Source: Trueperaceae bacterium (lineage in GTDB: Bacteria > Deinococcota > Deinococci > Deinococcales > Trueperaceae). Taken from it: 64,000 nucleotides of DNA. Shown piece by piece: positions 41,817 to 52,608 of this stretch. A program made the position numbers and the translations under genes. Below the pieces are notes generated by a model. It searched no databases. It was not told the DNA's origin and worked only from the letters and a program-made list of their open reading frames with translations. The first letter of the stretch is position 1. Each line of letters begins with the position of its first letter. The stretch covers positions 2,816,001-2,880,000 of the forward strand of contig CBDCDZ010000004.1 of NCBI GenBank assembly GCA_965215565.1. The letters run 5' to 3'.

Positions 41817-42428
41817 ATGGCTGACCTAACCGACGACAAACTAAAGGCCGCAGAAGAGATTATAGGGGAGGCTGACGAGCCCGTCACCTCCTCACCTACC
41901 GATACTCAGACCGAAGACATGGCTGGTATGGACGGCGTCACCGACGTCGAAGTGCTCCGCAGCGAACTCGCCCAAGCGCACGAGAAGCTCGCTGAGTCGC
42001 AGGCGGAAACCGCCGACTTCAAGAACCGCTTCCTGCGGGCGCGGGCGGATTTGGAAAACTACCGCCGCCGCGCCGCACAAGACGTCGCTCGCGCCCGCGA
42101 GTCGGGTTTGGACAGCGCCGTCATCACCGTTCTCTCAACCTACGACGACCTCGAGCGTGCGCTGCGAGTCGGCAGCGACGACCCGAGCAAGCTCATTCCG
42201 AACTTAGGAGCGGTGCAAGAGAGCTTGAAGCGCAATTTAGAAACGCTGGGCATCGTCCAAGTTGGCGCGCAGGGCGACGAATTCAACCCCGACGTACACG
42301 AAGCCTTGACCGCTATTCCGACGGAAGACAAAGACGCCGCCAACACCATCGCTGAGGTCGTGCAGATAGGCTTCATTAAAGATGAACGGTTGGTGCGCCC
42401 GGCGCGAGTCGTCGTCTATCAAGGCTGA
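41817..42428 (+). CDS. grpE: nucleotide exchange factor GrpE
   Basis: RARADLENYRRR, FNPDVHEA, RPARVVV. Confidence 0.97.
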   Translation: MADLTDDKLKAAEEIIGEADEPVTSSPTDTQTEDMAGMDGVTDVEVLRSELAQAHEKLAESQAETADFKNRFLRARADLENYRRRAAQDVARARESGLDSAVITVLSTYDDLERALRVGSDDPSKLIPNLGAVQESLKRNLETLGIVQVGAQGDEFNPDVHEALTAIPTEDKDAANTIAEVVQIGFIKDERLVRPARVVVYQG

Positions 42429-42439
42429 GGGGGATGTGA

Positions 42440-43378
42440 ATGGCTGCTTACAAAGACTACTATGACACGCTAGGCATCTCGCGCAGCGCCGATCAGAAGG
42501 ACATTCGCGCGGCGTACCGCAAGCTCGCAGCCAAGTATCACCCCGACCGCAACCCGGACGACCCTTCAGCGGAGGAGCGTTTCAAAGAGGTCAACGAGGC
42601 GTATACCGTCCTCAACGACGAGGAGAAGCGTAAGTTTTACGACCGCTACGGCAGCGCCGAGGGGCGTCCGAACTTTTCGGGCGGCGGCTTCGGCAGCAAC
42701 TTCGGGGGTCCCCCGCCTGGCGGCGCGGCTGAGGGCGACTTCAGCGACTTCTTCCAGAGCCTCTTCGGGGGCGGCTTCGCGGGCGCAGGGGGGCAGACGT
42801 TTTTCACCGGTACGGGCGCAGCAGGTTCAAGAGGTCAAGACCCCTTCAGCAGCCTGCGGCAGGAGCGCGCCCGCGCGCCGCGCCGCGTCGACGCGGACAT
42901 CAGCGTGCCCTTAGAGGAGGCGTATAGAGGCGACAGCAAAGTCATCTCTATTGATGGACGCCGCCTGGAAGTCACGCTGCCCAGAGGTGCGAAAGACGGC
43001 GCGAAGCTGCGGCTGCGCGGGCAAGCGCCCAACGGCGGCGACCTCTACTTGAGCGTCAAACTGGAGGAGCACCCGGTGTTTCGGCTCGAGGGCGACAACG
43101 TCCGCGTCGTGGTGGATGTGCCCGATTACGTCGCCGCGCTGGGTGGTAAGGTGCGCGTCCCTACGCTCGACGGCGACGTGGAGATGAACCTGCCCGCCGG
43201 CACGCAGTCTGGACGCTCATTCCGGCTGCGCGAACGCGGTTACTTGAAAAAGGACGGCACGCGCGGCGATGAACTCGCCGAAATTCGCGCCACCATCCCT
43301 GAAGTCTTAAGTGACGCGCACCTTAAACTCTACGAAGAGCTGCGCGCACTGAACGAAACCGAAGCTAAAGCGGCGTAA
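42440..43378 (+). CDS. dnaJ: DnaJ/CbpA-type co-chaperone (no zinc finger)
   Basis: J domain with HPD, G/F region, DnaJ C-terminal domain. Confidence 0.92.
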   Translation: MAAYKDYYDTLGISRSADQKDIRAAYRKLAAKYHPDRNPDDPSAEERFKEVNEAYTVLNDEEKRKFYDRYGSAEGRPNFSGGGFGSNFGGPPPGGAAEGDFSDFFQSLFGGGFAGAGGQTFFTGTGAAGSRGQDPFSSLRQERARAPRRVDADISVPLEEAYRGDSKVISIDGRRLEVTLPRGAKDGAKLRLRGQAPNGGDLYLSVKLEEHPVFRLEGDNVRVVVDVPDYVAALGGKVRVPTLDGDVEMNLPAGTQSGRSFRLRERGYLKKDGTRGDELAEIRATIPEVLSDAHLKLYEELRALNETEAKAA

Positions 43379-43394
43379 TCCGATAGTCATTTGT

Positions 43395-43445
43395 TTCCCT
43401 CTCCTTAGTTCCGCACGTTGGCGCGGTGAGTGGAGAGGGAATTTT
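43395..43445 (+). terminator. terminator of the dnaK operon
   Basis: TTCCCTCTCC...GGAGAGGGAA followed by TTTT. Confidence 0.55.
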
Positions 43446-43606
43446 CGTGTTCGTAGAGCCCAACTTTGTTAAATTTGGCGTCACCTAAAGCGCCCCTTTC
43501 TCATCTCTCAAGTGATAGGGTTGCCCTAGCAGCGTCCGGTTACATCTCTTAAAATCCGTACCAAATAAACCTCGCGCAACCACGCTTTAACCTTGAAGGG
43601 AACGCC

Positions 43607-44794
43607 ATGCCTAACCCAAACCAGCCTAAAAATAAGCGCTTGCCTATCGCGCTTTTCAGCCTCCTCATCCTCGTTACACTCGCCGTTCTCGTCATCGGCT
43701 CCGCGCAAACGGGCGGCGAGACGGGCGGCGCGGCAGAAACCTCAACAGAAACTACAGATGTACCGCTCGTCGGCGGTGACCTCGATCCTGACGCTCCGGT
43801 TATCCAACTCGGCGATCAAGTTATTGATCAAGAAGAATTCGAAGCGCGCTTTAGCATCGCGCTACGCAACATTGCCGCGCAGCAAGGCTTGCCCCTAAAC
43901 GAGCAAGTTTTAGCCCAACTCGGCAACCTTCGCCCGCAGTTTTTGGACCAACTCGCAACCGAGCAGGTCTTGTTGCAAGAGGCGGACGCGCGCGGCGTCC
44001 AAGTTTCGGATGAAGAGGTCGAGCAGCAGATCACGCAAGTACGCCAGGGTCTCAGCGGGGGAGTGCCGCAAGCTGGCACAGGTGGCGCGACGGGCGGCGC
44101 AGCGGGCGAAGAGACGGGCGGCGCGAGCGACGAAGCCTTTCAACAGGCGCTCTCCGAAGCAGGGTTCCAGAGTGAAGACCAACTCCGCGAACTCATCCGC
44201 GACAACTTGCGCATTCAGAGAGTGGTAGACGCGCTGCGCGAAGAGGTCGACGTAGGTGACGAGGCGATCCAGACCTTTTATGAGGAGAACCAAGCGCAGT
44301 TTGAAACGCCCGAAGAGGTGTGCTCGAGCCACATCTTAGTCGAAACTCAGGAGGAAGCGAACGAAGTCCTGACCCAACTCAACGAGGGCGGCGACTTCGC
44401 CCAACTCGCGGAAGAGCGCAGCCAAGACCCCGGCAGCGCGGCGCGCGGGGGCGATCTCGGCTGCGTCTCGAGGGGTTCATTCGTCCCACCTTTCGAAGAA
44501 GCCGCCTTTAATGCCGACGTTGGCGAAACGGTGGGTCCCGTCGAGACGCAGTTCGGCTTCCACGTCATCCGCGTGACGGGCAAAAATGAGGCGGGCGCGG
44601 TGCCGCTAGAAGAGGTGCGCGAGCAGATTCGCGCGCAGCTTGCGAACGAGCAACTCAGCCAGCAGATCAACGAGTTGCGCGAGTCCGCAGGCTTACAGAC
44701 CTTCCCCGAGAACTTGCCGCAGCCCGCGCAGTCGGCTGACCCGGCGGCCCCGGCGGAAAGCGGCAGTGAAACGGGTGGCACGGGCGGACAGTAA
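43607..44794 (+). CDS. parvulin-type peptidyl-prolyl isomerase (PrsA/SurA-like)
   Basis: SHILV, FAQLAEERSQDPGSAARGGDLG, ETQFGFHVI; TGG motifs at the N-terminus, linker and C-terminus. Confidence 0.92.
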   Translation: MPNPNQPKNKRLPIALFSLLILVTLAVLVIGSAQTGGETGGAAETSTETTDVPLVGGDLDPDAPVIQLGDQVIDQEEFEARFSIALRNIAAQQGLPLNEQVLAQLGNLRPQFLDQLATEQVLLQEADARGVQVSDEEVEQQITQVRQGLSGGVPQAGTGGATGGAAGEETGGASDEAFQQALSEAGFQSEDQLRELIRDNLRIQRVVDALREEVDVGDEAIQTFYEENQAQFETPEEVCSSHILVETQEEANEVLTQLNEGGDFAQLAEERSQDPGSAARGGDLGCVSRGSFVPPFEEAAFNADVGETVGPVETQFGFHVIRVTGKNEAGAVPLEEVREQIRAQLANEQLSQQINELRESAGLQTFPENLPQPAQSADPAAPAESGSETGGTGGQ

Positions 44795-44834
44795 ACCTGA
44801 ACGTGGCGCACCCACATAACTTCACAGCAACGTC

Positions 44835-44859
44835 GAGCCGAGAGATGACCTCTCGGCTC
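44835..44859. terminator. terminator between convergent genes
   Basis: GAGCCGAGAG...CTCTCGGCTC. Confidence 0.65.
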
Positions 44860-44864
44860 TTCGT

Positions 44865-46634
44865 TTAGCTACTTGCGTTGACAGATGAATTCACGTGGCT
44901 GAAACAATGCCCTCGCTCCTCAGCTATGAACGTCAGAGCGGCGGGCGCGGGGAGCGGCTTTGCGAAGAGATAGCCCTGCGCGAAGTCGCACCCGAGGATG
45001 CGTAGCTGCGCCAACTGTGCAGGCGTTTCGACGCCCTCGGCGACCACCCTGAGCCCTAGCGTCTGCGCCATGAGGATGATCGTGCGCACGAGCGCCTCCC
45101 CTTTGGGCTCTGAAAGCTTGTTGATAAACGCGCGGTCGATCTTGAGGACGTCGAGCGGGAAGTCCTGCAGGTAGGATAAGGACGAATAGCCTGTGCCGAA
45201 GTCGTCGATGTGAAGTTGGACGCCTAGCGCGGACAAATCCCGCAAGGTGGTCTGGACTTCCTTGGAGGCGTCCACGATCATCGTTTCGGTCAGCTCGAGC
45301 CTGAGCCGCTCCGCCTCCACCCCGGTCTCGGCTAAGACCTCTTCGACGTACTGGATAAGACCTGGGCGCAAAAAACCCTGGCTCGAGACGTTCACACTGA
45401 GTCCTACTTGGTGTCCTACTTGCGCGCCGCCCTCCTCGCGCCACGCCGCGAGTTGCTGGAGCGCGCGGCGCAGCACCCAGCGGTCTAGCTTCGTGACCAG
45501 ACCCATGTCCTCGGCTATGGCTACGAAAACGGCAGGGGAGACCGCGCCGTAGACCGGGTGCGTCCAGCGGACCAACGCCTCCACGCTCTCCACTTCGCCC
45601 GTCTGCAAGGAGAGGATGGGCTGATAATGCACCTCGAAGTCGCCCTTCTCCACCGCGACGCGCAAATCCGCCTCCAAGCTCATACGGCGCTCCAAGTGCT
45701 CGCGCATGGAGGTGTCGAAGAGGGCGAAGCAGGCGCGCCCCCTCTCCTTGGCGCGGTACATGGCGATGTCCGCGTCGCGCATGACCTCGGCGGCGCTCGC
45801 GTAGTCGGGGTTGCTCGTGACGACGCCGATGCTCGCCGAGAGATGCACGTCGTGACCGTCAAGCTCGTGAGCGCTCGCGAGCACGTTTTGGACGCGCCGC
45901 GCCGCCTCGGCCGCCTCAGCCTCGCCGCTCAAATCTTCTAAGAGCAGGATGAACTCGTCGCCGCCGAGCCGCGCTACCGTATCGGCAGGTCGCAACACGT
46001 TCTGTAGCCGCTTCGAGACCGCGATGAGCAGTTCGTCGCCCACGTTGTGACCGAGCGAGTCGTTGACCGTCTTGAAGCGGTCGAAGTCGAGGTAGAGCAC
46101 GGCGAAGAGCCCCGCCTGAGCGCGCTTGCTACGCTCTAAGACGTGCTCTAACCTATCGAGAAAGAGCGCCCGGTTCGCCAGCCCCGTCAGCGCGTCGTGA
46201 AAGGCGGTGTGCATGAGCTGCGCGTTGACCTCCTCTAGCGCCTGCGTGCGCTCAGAAATGCGCTGCTCGAGCCCTTCATTGAGAGTCTGCAATTCTCGTT
46301 CGGAGCGCCCTAAACGCACCCTGAGGTCACGCAACCGCCCGACGATAGCGCCCGTCATGAAAGAGGCGATGAGACCGGGCCAGCCTCCCTGATGAAAGCT
46401 GATAAGCGGATCGAACGCGCCTGCGTCGACGATGTTGCTCACCGATGAGTTGATGATCATGCCTAGAACGCTACCTAGCAGCCCTGAGCGCAAGCCGCCG
46501 TACCAAGCCGTGAACGTGATCGGCAAGATGACGAGCGCGAAGCCGCCCGGTCCCACCGCTGTCACGAGGTGGTAAACGGCGACACTGTGAATCGCCCAGA
46601 CGAGGAATAGGAAAAAGAGAGGTCGTCGCATCAC
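44865..46634 (-). CDS. membrane-anchored GGDEF-EAL protein
   Basis: RLGGDEF, EALVRW, DDFGTGYSS. Confidence 0.95.
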   Translation of the reverse strand: MMRRPLFFLFLVWAIHSVAVYHLVTAVGPGGFALVILPITFTAWYGGLRSGLLGSVLGMIINSSVSNIVDAGAFDPLISFHQGGWPGLIASFMTGAIVGRLRDLRVRLGRSERELQTLNEGLEQRISERTQALEEVNAQLMHTAFHDALTGLANRALFLDRLEHVLERSKRAQAGLFAVLYLDFDRFKTVNDSLGHNVGDELLIAVSKRLQNVLRPADTVARLGGDEFILLLEDLSGEAEAAEAARRVQNVLASAHELDGHDVHLSASIGVVTSNPDYASAAEVMRDADIAMYRAKERGRACFALFDTSMREHLERRMSLEADLRVAVEKGDFEVHYQPILSLQTGEVESVEALVRWTHPVYGAVSPAVFVAIAEDMGLVTKLDRWVLRRALQQLAAWREEGGAQVGHQVGLSVNVSSQGFLRPGLIQYVEEVLAETGVEAERLRLELTETMIVDASKEVQTTLRDLSALGVQLHIDDFGTGYSSLSYLQDFPLDVLKIDRAFINKLSEPKGEALVRTIILMAQTLGLRVVAEGVETPAQLAQLRILGCDFAQGYLFAKPLPAPAALTFIAEERGHCFSHVNSSVNASS

Positions 46635-46836
46635 CTCCGCACCTTAGAGCACGCGCTCTTACAAAACCCTTACGCTGTCTCGCGTGAGCACCTCTTATAT
46701 AACTGCCACACGTGGGCTCGTTTTAGCAAGATGGGGGAAAGTGGCCCCACTTCATCCCTTTATCCTCCAGTAGTTTACGCGCCGCCTCGTAGCGCGTTAG
46801 GATAGAGGCGTAGCCCGTCACGGGCGTCCGTCCATC

Positions 46837-46878
46837 ACACTCAACACCCTGACACTCGACACCCCGACACTTAACACG
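46837..46878 (+). repeat. short tandem ACAC(Y)n repeat with alternating 7/8-nt units
   Basis: ACACTCA ACACCCTG ACACTCG ACACCCCG ACACTTA ACACG. Confidence 0.7.
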
Positions 46879-46891
46879 AAGAGGTAAACCA

Positions 46892-48292
46892 TTGACACAC
46901 GCTACGATTGGCACATCCGAGCGCCCCGTCCGCGTCGCGATTATCGGCTCCGGTCCGTCCGGCTTCTTCGCGGCAGATTCGCTCCTCAAGCAAAAGGATG
47001 TGCACGTTTCGGTGGACATCATCGACCGCTTGCCCACCCCGTACGGCTTGGTGCGCTACGGCGTCGCGCCGGACCATCAAAAGATCAAGTCGGTCACGAG
47101 GCTTTACGAGAAGACCTGCAACGACCCCCGCGTGCGCTTCATCGGCAACGTGCACTTCGGCACGGACCTCTCACATGAAGAGGTGCGCCGCTTCTACGAC
47201 GCGGTCCTCTACGCCGTCGGCGCGTCGGCAGACCGCTCGCTCAATATCCCCGGCGAAGATTTGGCGGGCAGCCTCTCCGCCACCGAGTTCGTCGCTTGGT
47301 ATAATGGGCACCCGGACTACGCCACCCTAGACCCCGATTTGAGCACCGAAAACGTCGCCGTCATCGGCATGGGCAACGTCGCGGTGGACGTGACGCGCAT
47401 CCTAGCGAAGTCGGTGGACGAGCTGCGCGAGACGGACATCGCGGACCACGCCCTGGACCTCTTAGCCGAGAGCAAGGTTGAGAATGTCTATATGATCGGG
47501 CGGCGCGGTCCCGCTCAAGCGAAGTTCACCACCAAAGAGCTGCGTGAGTTGGGCGAGCTGCATAACGCCGACATCAACGTGCAAGCAGAAGACCTAGACC
47601 TCGACCCCGTGAGCGAAGCCTCGTTAAAAGGCAACCCCGCCTTAGCCAAAAATATCGAGGTCTTGCGCGGCTTCGCGCAGCAAGAGCGCACGGGCAAACC
47701 GCGCTGCGTGCATCTGCGCTTTTTCGAGTCGCCCGTAGAGCTTCTGGGCAACGAAAGGGTGGAAGGGCTCAGGCTTGAGCGCAACCGCCTAGAAGACCAA
47801 AATGGCTACTTGAGCGCCGTCGGCACAGGTGAAGTCGAAACCCTTCCTATCGGCATGATTCTGCGCTCGGTTGGCTATAGAGGCACACCCCTTAAAGACG
47901 TACCGTTCGACGCTCGCAAGGGCGTTATCCCGAACCAAGACGGACGTGTTACGGATAATGACGGCAACGTTGTAAGCGGTGAATACGTCGCGGGTTGGAT
48001 CAAGCGCGGACCCTCGGGCGTCATCGGCACGAACAAGGCCGACGCGATGGAGAGCGTGAAGCTTTTGCTGGAGGATGTACCCGCCCTCGAGCCCGTCGCT
48101 GAGCACGCCGCCAGCCCCCGCGCCGTCGAAGAAATCCTCGCTTCTAAGCAAGTTCCCTTCGTCACCTTTGAAGATTGGTTGGAGATTGATAAGCTCGAGA
48201 CCCAAGCGGGCGCGGAGCAAGGCAGACCGAGGGTGAAGATCACGCAGGTGGCGCGGATGGTTGAGCGGGCGAAAACGGCGATTTTCGACTGA
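46892..48292 (+). CDS. FprA-like ferredoxin-NADP+ reductase
   Basis: GSGPSG, GLVRYGVAPDH, GMGNVAVD, GWIKRGPSGVIGTN. Confidence 0.93.
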   Translation: MTHATIGTSERPVRVAIIGSGPSGFFAADSLLKQKDVHVSVDIIDRLPTPYGLVRYGVAPDHQKIKSVTRLYEKTCNDPRVRFIGNVHFGTDLSHEEVRRFYDAVLYAVGASADRSLNIPGEDLAGSLSATEFVAWYNGHPDYATLDPDLSTENVAVIGMGNVAVDVTRILAKSVDELRETDIADHALDLLAESKVENVYMIGRRGPAQAKFTTKELRELGELHNADINVQAEDLDLDPVSEASLKGNPALAKNIEVLRGFAQQERTGKPRCVHLRFFESPVELLGNERVEGLRLERNRLEDQNGYLSAVGTGEVETLPIGMILRSVGYRGTPLKDVPFDARKGVIPNQDGRVTDNDGNVVSGEYVAGWIKRGPSGVIGTNKADAMESVKLLLEDVPALEPVAEHAASPRAVEEILASKQVPFVTFEDWLEIDKLETQAGAEQGRPRVKITQVARMVERAKTAIFD

Positions 48293-48318
48293 CGTGAGAG
48301 CTTTTGGCTGGAGGAACC

Positions 48319-49113
48319 ATGTCGGATGTCTACTTTGACGGCGTAGCAGAAGCTTTTAACGCGGCTATCTATGAAACCTCAAGAGGTTACATACGATTAG
48401 GCGTGCTGTGGGCTGACCTACGCGGAGCCGTGCCCGAAATTCAGACGGACAAGCTGCGCATTTTGGACGTGGGCGGCGGCATGGGGCAAGTCGCCACGCG
48501 GCTCGCCCGACTCGGGCACAGCGTCGTCCTGGCGGACCCTTCTGAAGAAATGTTGGGGAGAGCGCGTAGTGTCGTCTCTCGAGAAGGGTTGAGCAACATT
48601 ACGCTCATCCGCAGCAGCGCTCAGGAGCTAAAGGAGCACACAGCGGACACCTTTGACCTGGTGATGTGCCACGCTGTCTTGGAGTGGGTGGCTTCGCCCG
48701 GCGCAGTCATCGGGGCGCTCCGCCCTTTCGTGAAGCCGTCCGGTGCGCTCTCGCTCATGTTCCATAACCAAAACGCGGCGGTATTTAAGTCGGTCACAAG
48801 AGGTGACTTCGCAACCTACGCCAGCCCCCACGCGGCTCGCGAGGTTGAAGCGTCCGTCCCGACGAAGGATGAAACAGGGCAATTCAAGGGTGCACGCGCT
48901 TTGAGAGTGGAGACGGTCACGCGACTGTTACAGGACCACGGACTCGAGGTCACGCACCGGGCGGGCGTTCGCATCTTTCACGATCACATCTTAGACTTGA
49001 CGGAGGAAAGGTTAGAAGGGTTGCTCGAGTTGGAGAAGAACTATCGCTCGGTTGAGCCGTTCGCCTCGCTAGCGCAACATATTCATCTCGTTTGTCGGCG
49101 CGACGCTTCTTAG
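48319..49113 (+). CDS. SAM-dependent methyltransferase (SmtA/CmoM-like)
   Basis: LDVGGGMG, CHAVLEWV, GVRIFHD. Confidence 0.85.
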   Translation: MSDVYFDGVAEAFNAAIYETSRGYIRLGVLWADLRGAVPEIQTDKLRILDVGGGMGQVATRLARLGHSVVLADPSEEMLGRARSVVSREGLSNITLIRSSAQELKEHTADTFDLVMCHAVLEWVASPGAVIGALRPFVKPSGALSLMFHNQNAAVFKSVTRGDFATYASPHAAREVEASVPTKDETGQFKGARALRVETVTRLLQDHGLEVTHRAGVRIFHDHILDLTEERLEGLLELEKNYRSVEPFASLAQHIHLVCRRDAS

Positions 49114-49446
49114 CTGAACAGGCTGGGCAAACTCCTTAGTGATTGCAAGCTCGAGACCACCGAGTCAGACCCACCCGCAGGTTAGCGCAAGCTCAACAAC
49201 CATGCTGAAAGTGCAAGGTCAAGAGGTCGGCGCTTTCAAGAGTATAATGGCTTTCATATTTTCTTAATCTGTGGTTAGATAGCAGTCGCGGTTAAAAAGT
49301 AGTGCGAAACAGCGGGGTTACTTCATAAGTGTCAATCAGGTCGCTGGGAGGGAGTCCAAGTTTTTCGTTAGCAGTTTAAGAGCATATCGCCGAGCTATAT
49401 CTCCTCAATCTGTTTCACAAACTTTGTTTCACGGAGGTTTCTAAGT

Positions 49447-51054
49447 ATGATGCGTAAAACTGTGATCGCCCTTCTTCTCATCTTCGGCGTTACCGCGTGT
49501 AGCGACTTGGGTTCAGCCCCGGAGACCGAGTTGGAGACTTTAGGAAAAGGGTGCGACAACCGCAACAACAATACGTACAGGAAGCTGCTCGAATGCGTTA
49601 CTGTAGAGGGCGTCAGAGAGCACCAAAAAGCGTTTCAAGACATCGCCGACGCCAACACGAATGAGTTCTATCCGGGCTCACGCGCCGCTGGCACAGAAGG
49701 CTACGCTAGAAGCGTCGAATACGTCGCGGGGCTCTTAGAGGACGCGGGCTACAATGTCACTTTAGACCCCTTCGAGTTCAACTTCGTCTTCCCCGCCATC
49801 CTTCAGCAACTCACGCCTACCGATGAGGCGTACGACACGGGCGCGTATACGGGCTCCGGCGCAGGCGACGTGACGGGTCCGGTCACGGGCGCGGACTTGG
49901 CGCTTGACGACCCCGCCACCTCTACGAGCGGCTGCGAGATTACCGACTTCGACGGGCTCGATTTGAGTGGTGACAACGACATCGCGCTCGTTCAGCGCGG
50001 CGCATGTACCTTTGCAGCAAAGGCGCAAAACGCCGAGGCGTCGGGCGCAGAAGCCGTAGTGATTTTCAACCAGGGCAACGACCCAACCCGCGAAGGTTTG
50101 ATCGTCGGCACGCTCGGCGCGGATTCGGGCGTCACTATTCCTGTCGTGGGCGCTTCGTTCGCGCAGGGTCAAGCGTTGGCGCAAGCGGGCGCAACCGCGC
50201 GTGTTCGTGTCTTGGAGCCTGAAACCCGCACCGACTACAATGTGATTGCGGAACTGCCTGGCAAGAACGACGACAACGTCGTGATGGCAGGCGCACACTT
50301 AGATAGCGTCAGAGACGGACCCGGCATCCAGGACAACGGCTCGGGCTCGGCGGCGATTTTAGAAGTCGCGCTCAAGATGGAGAAACTCAAACCGGAGAAC
50401 ACGCTGCGCTTCGCCTGGTGGGGTGCGGAAGAACTCGGGCTCATCGGCTCGACCGAATACGTCAACGAGCTGAGCCAAGAGGAATTAGACCGCATCGCGC
50501 TCTACCTCAACTTCGACATGATCGGCTCGCCCAACTATATCTTCCAGGTCTACGACGCCAACCAGTCGAGCTTCGAGGCCCCTGTCCCCGTGCCAGACGG
50601 CTCCGCCGCGATTGAAACTATCTTCGAATCGTTTTACACCTACGCAGGCGAACCCTACGACGACAGCGCGTTCAGTGGGCGCAGCGACTATCAGGCGTTT
50701 ATTAACAATGGGATTCCCTCGAGCGGTCTCTTCACCGGCGCAGAAGTCATCAAGACCGAAGAGCAAGAAGCGATTTGGGGCGGCACGGCGGGCGAGCAGT
50801 TCGATCCGTGCTACCACGAGGCTTGCGACGATTTCGACAACATCAGCCTGAAAGCGCTCGATGTCAACTCGGACGCGGTTGCCTTCGCCATGATGACCTA
50901 CGCCTATTCGACTGAAGACGTGAACGGCATTAAGGGTAAGAAAGTTCCAGGCAAGTTCGACATTCCCGAGCCTGCCGGCCCTCAGGGTACGTTCGTTGAC
51001 GGTGATGCGGGTGGTCTCGATCATGACCACGACCATGACGGAGAAGCGGAGTAA
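49447..51054 (+). CDS. M28 aminopeptidase lipoprotein with PA domain
   Basis: lipobox VTAC, GAHLDSV, DNGSG, AEELGL, NFDMIGS, CYH. Confidence 0.93.
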   Translation: MMRKTVIALLLIFGVTACSDLGSAPETELETLGKGCDNRNNNTYRKLLECVTVEGVREHQKAFQDIADANTNEFYPGSRAAGTEGYARSVEYVAGLLEDAGYNVTLDPFEFNFVFPAILQQLTPTDEAYDTGAYTGSGAGDVTGPVTGADLALDDPATSTSGCEITDFDGLDLSGDNDIALVQRGACTFAAKAQNAEASGAEAVVIFNQGNDPTREGLIVGTLGADSGVTIPVVGASFAQGQALAQAGATARVRVLEPETRTDYNVIAELPGKNDDNVVMAGAHLDSVRDGPGIQDNGSGSAAILEVALKMEKLKPENTLRFAWWGAEELGLIGSTEYVNELSQEELDRIALYLNFDMIGSPNYIFQVYDANQSSFEAPVPVPDGSAAIETIFESFYTYAGEPYDDSAFSGRSDYQAFINNGIPSSGLFTGAEVIKTEEQEAIWGGTAGEQFDPCYHEACDDFDNISLKALDVNSDAVAFAMMTYAYSTEDVNGIKGKKVPGKFDIPEPAGPQGTFVDGDAGGLDHDHDHDGEAE

Positions 51055-51086
51055 GTTGTAGAAGCGTAGAGTTAGACCCTTTGAGA

Positions 51087-51122
51087 AGCGCCCCACCTTG
51101 CTATATAGGGTAGGGCGCTTTT
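51087..51122. terminator. bidirectional terminator
   Basis: AAGCGCCC...GGGCGCTT followed by T-run. Confidence 0.65.
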
Positions 51123-52502
51123 TTACTTCCCTATACCCCTCAACCTCACCCGCTCAATAGGGGTCTCAACCCTCGTCTTCCGCCACAACCGCCACGACAA
51201 GAGCCCCGCCGCCGCTATCAGCCCCACGACGAGTCCCGTCCACAACCCGCGCCCACCGACATCCAGCCCGAACGTCAACGTCGCCCCTGTCGCCATGCCG
51301 ATACCCCAGTAGGAAAAGAGCGAAATCAGCATGGGCACGCGCGTATCTTTGAGCCCGCGTAGCGCCCCCGCCGCGCTCACCTGTACCCCGTCGAATATCT
51401 GAAACGCCGCCGCGAAGCCCAAAAAGAGCACCGCCGTGTCCACCACGGCGCGGTTCGCGGAATCACTCGCGTCGAGGTAGAGTGAGACGACGCGCCCAGG
51501 GATCAGCCAAAAGGTCAGCGCGGTCAGCACCATGAAGCCGAGACTGAGCGCCATGCCGACGCCCGCCGCCCGCTGCACCCCGTCTGCGTCCTTGCGCCCC
51601 GCCGCCCGCCCGACGCGCACCGCTGTCGCCGCCGACAAACCTACGGGCACCATAAAGGTAAAGCTCGCACTTTGAATGGCGATTTGATGCGCGGCGAGTT
51701 CGACTGTGCCGACTAGACCCATGAGAAGCGCGGTGATGGTGAAGAGCCCGCCCTCGAAGCCGAGCGTGAGACCGATGGGCCAGCCGATGACGAAGAGGTC
51801 ACGTAAGACACTCACATCGGGCGTGCGGAGTTTGGTAAACACCTCGAGCTGCGGCAGCGTGCGCTGCACGTACGCCGCCGCTAAGAGAAACGACATCCAA
51901 AACACAAAGGTGCTCGCCCAGCCTGTGCCGACGAGACCCAACGCGGGAAAGCCGAAACGCCCAAACATCAGCGCGTTGTTCGCGAAGATATTGAGCCCGA
52001 TTCCAGCCAACGCGATGAGCATGATGGGGCGTGGTTTTGAAATACCTTCCAAAAGCCCCCGCAGCCCGATGAACCATAGACCCGGCAAGTAGCCCCAGGA
52101 AATCGCTTGCAGATAGCCCGCTGCTAGCCGCACCGTCTCCGCGTCTTGCCCCATCCATAAGAGGAGCGGCGCGGCGTTCCAGAAGAGAATGATGGCGGGA
52201 ACTGTCAGACCGAGCGCTAACCAGAGACCTTGCCGCGTCGCCCGCGCCACCATCCTTTCATCGCCTGCCCCGTGCGCCTGCGAAACGGTTGGACCGACGG
52301 CAAACATCACGCCCATCCCCACAATCAGCGCCATTGTAAACACGCTGCTGCCTAAAGCGATCGCCGCGAGCTGTTCATTGCCGAGTCGCCCGACCATCAG
52401 GGTGTCGATGAAGGTCAAGGAGACCTGCGCGAGTTGCGCCAGGATGAGGGGAAGGGCGAGCGCGGCGGTGCGCCTGAGTTCGGTGAGGGAGGCTTGAGTC
52501 AT
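51123..52502 (-). CDS. MATE family efflux transporter (NorM-like)
   Basis: DTLMVGRLG, LAAHQIA, FQIFDGVQ..GALRGLKDT. Confidence 0.93.
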   Translation of the reverse strand: MTQASLTELRRTAALALPLILAQLAQVSLTFIDTLMVGRLGNEQLAAIALGSSVFTMALIVGMGVMFAVGPTVSQAHGAGDERMVARATRQGLWLALGLTVPAIILFWNAAPLLLWMGQDAETVRLAAGYLQAISWGYLPGLWFIGLRGLLEGISKPRPIMLIALAGIGLNIFANNALMFGRFGFPALGLVGTGWASTFVFWMSFLLAAAYVQRTLPQLEVFTKLRTPDVSVLRDLFVIGWPIGLTLGFEGGLFTITALLMGLVGTVELAAHQIAIQSASFTFMVPVGLSAATAVRVGRAAGRKDADGVQRAAGVGMALSLGFMVLTALTFWLIPGRVVSLYLDASDSANRAVVDTAVLFLGFAAAFQIFDGVQVSAAGALRGLKDTRVPMLISLFSYWGIGMATGATLTFGLDVGGRGLWTGLVVGLIAAAGLLSWRLWRKTRVETPIERVRLRGIGK

Positions 52503-52608
52503 GAGAAAACCTGCTTAGCAGGTCTAGCCTAAGCCTCTAAAGAGATAGGGTCAAGCGTAGAGGCGTCAACAGGGGCCCCAAGCAACCTAAACCGAGTAAA
52601 ATGGGCGT

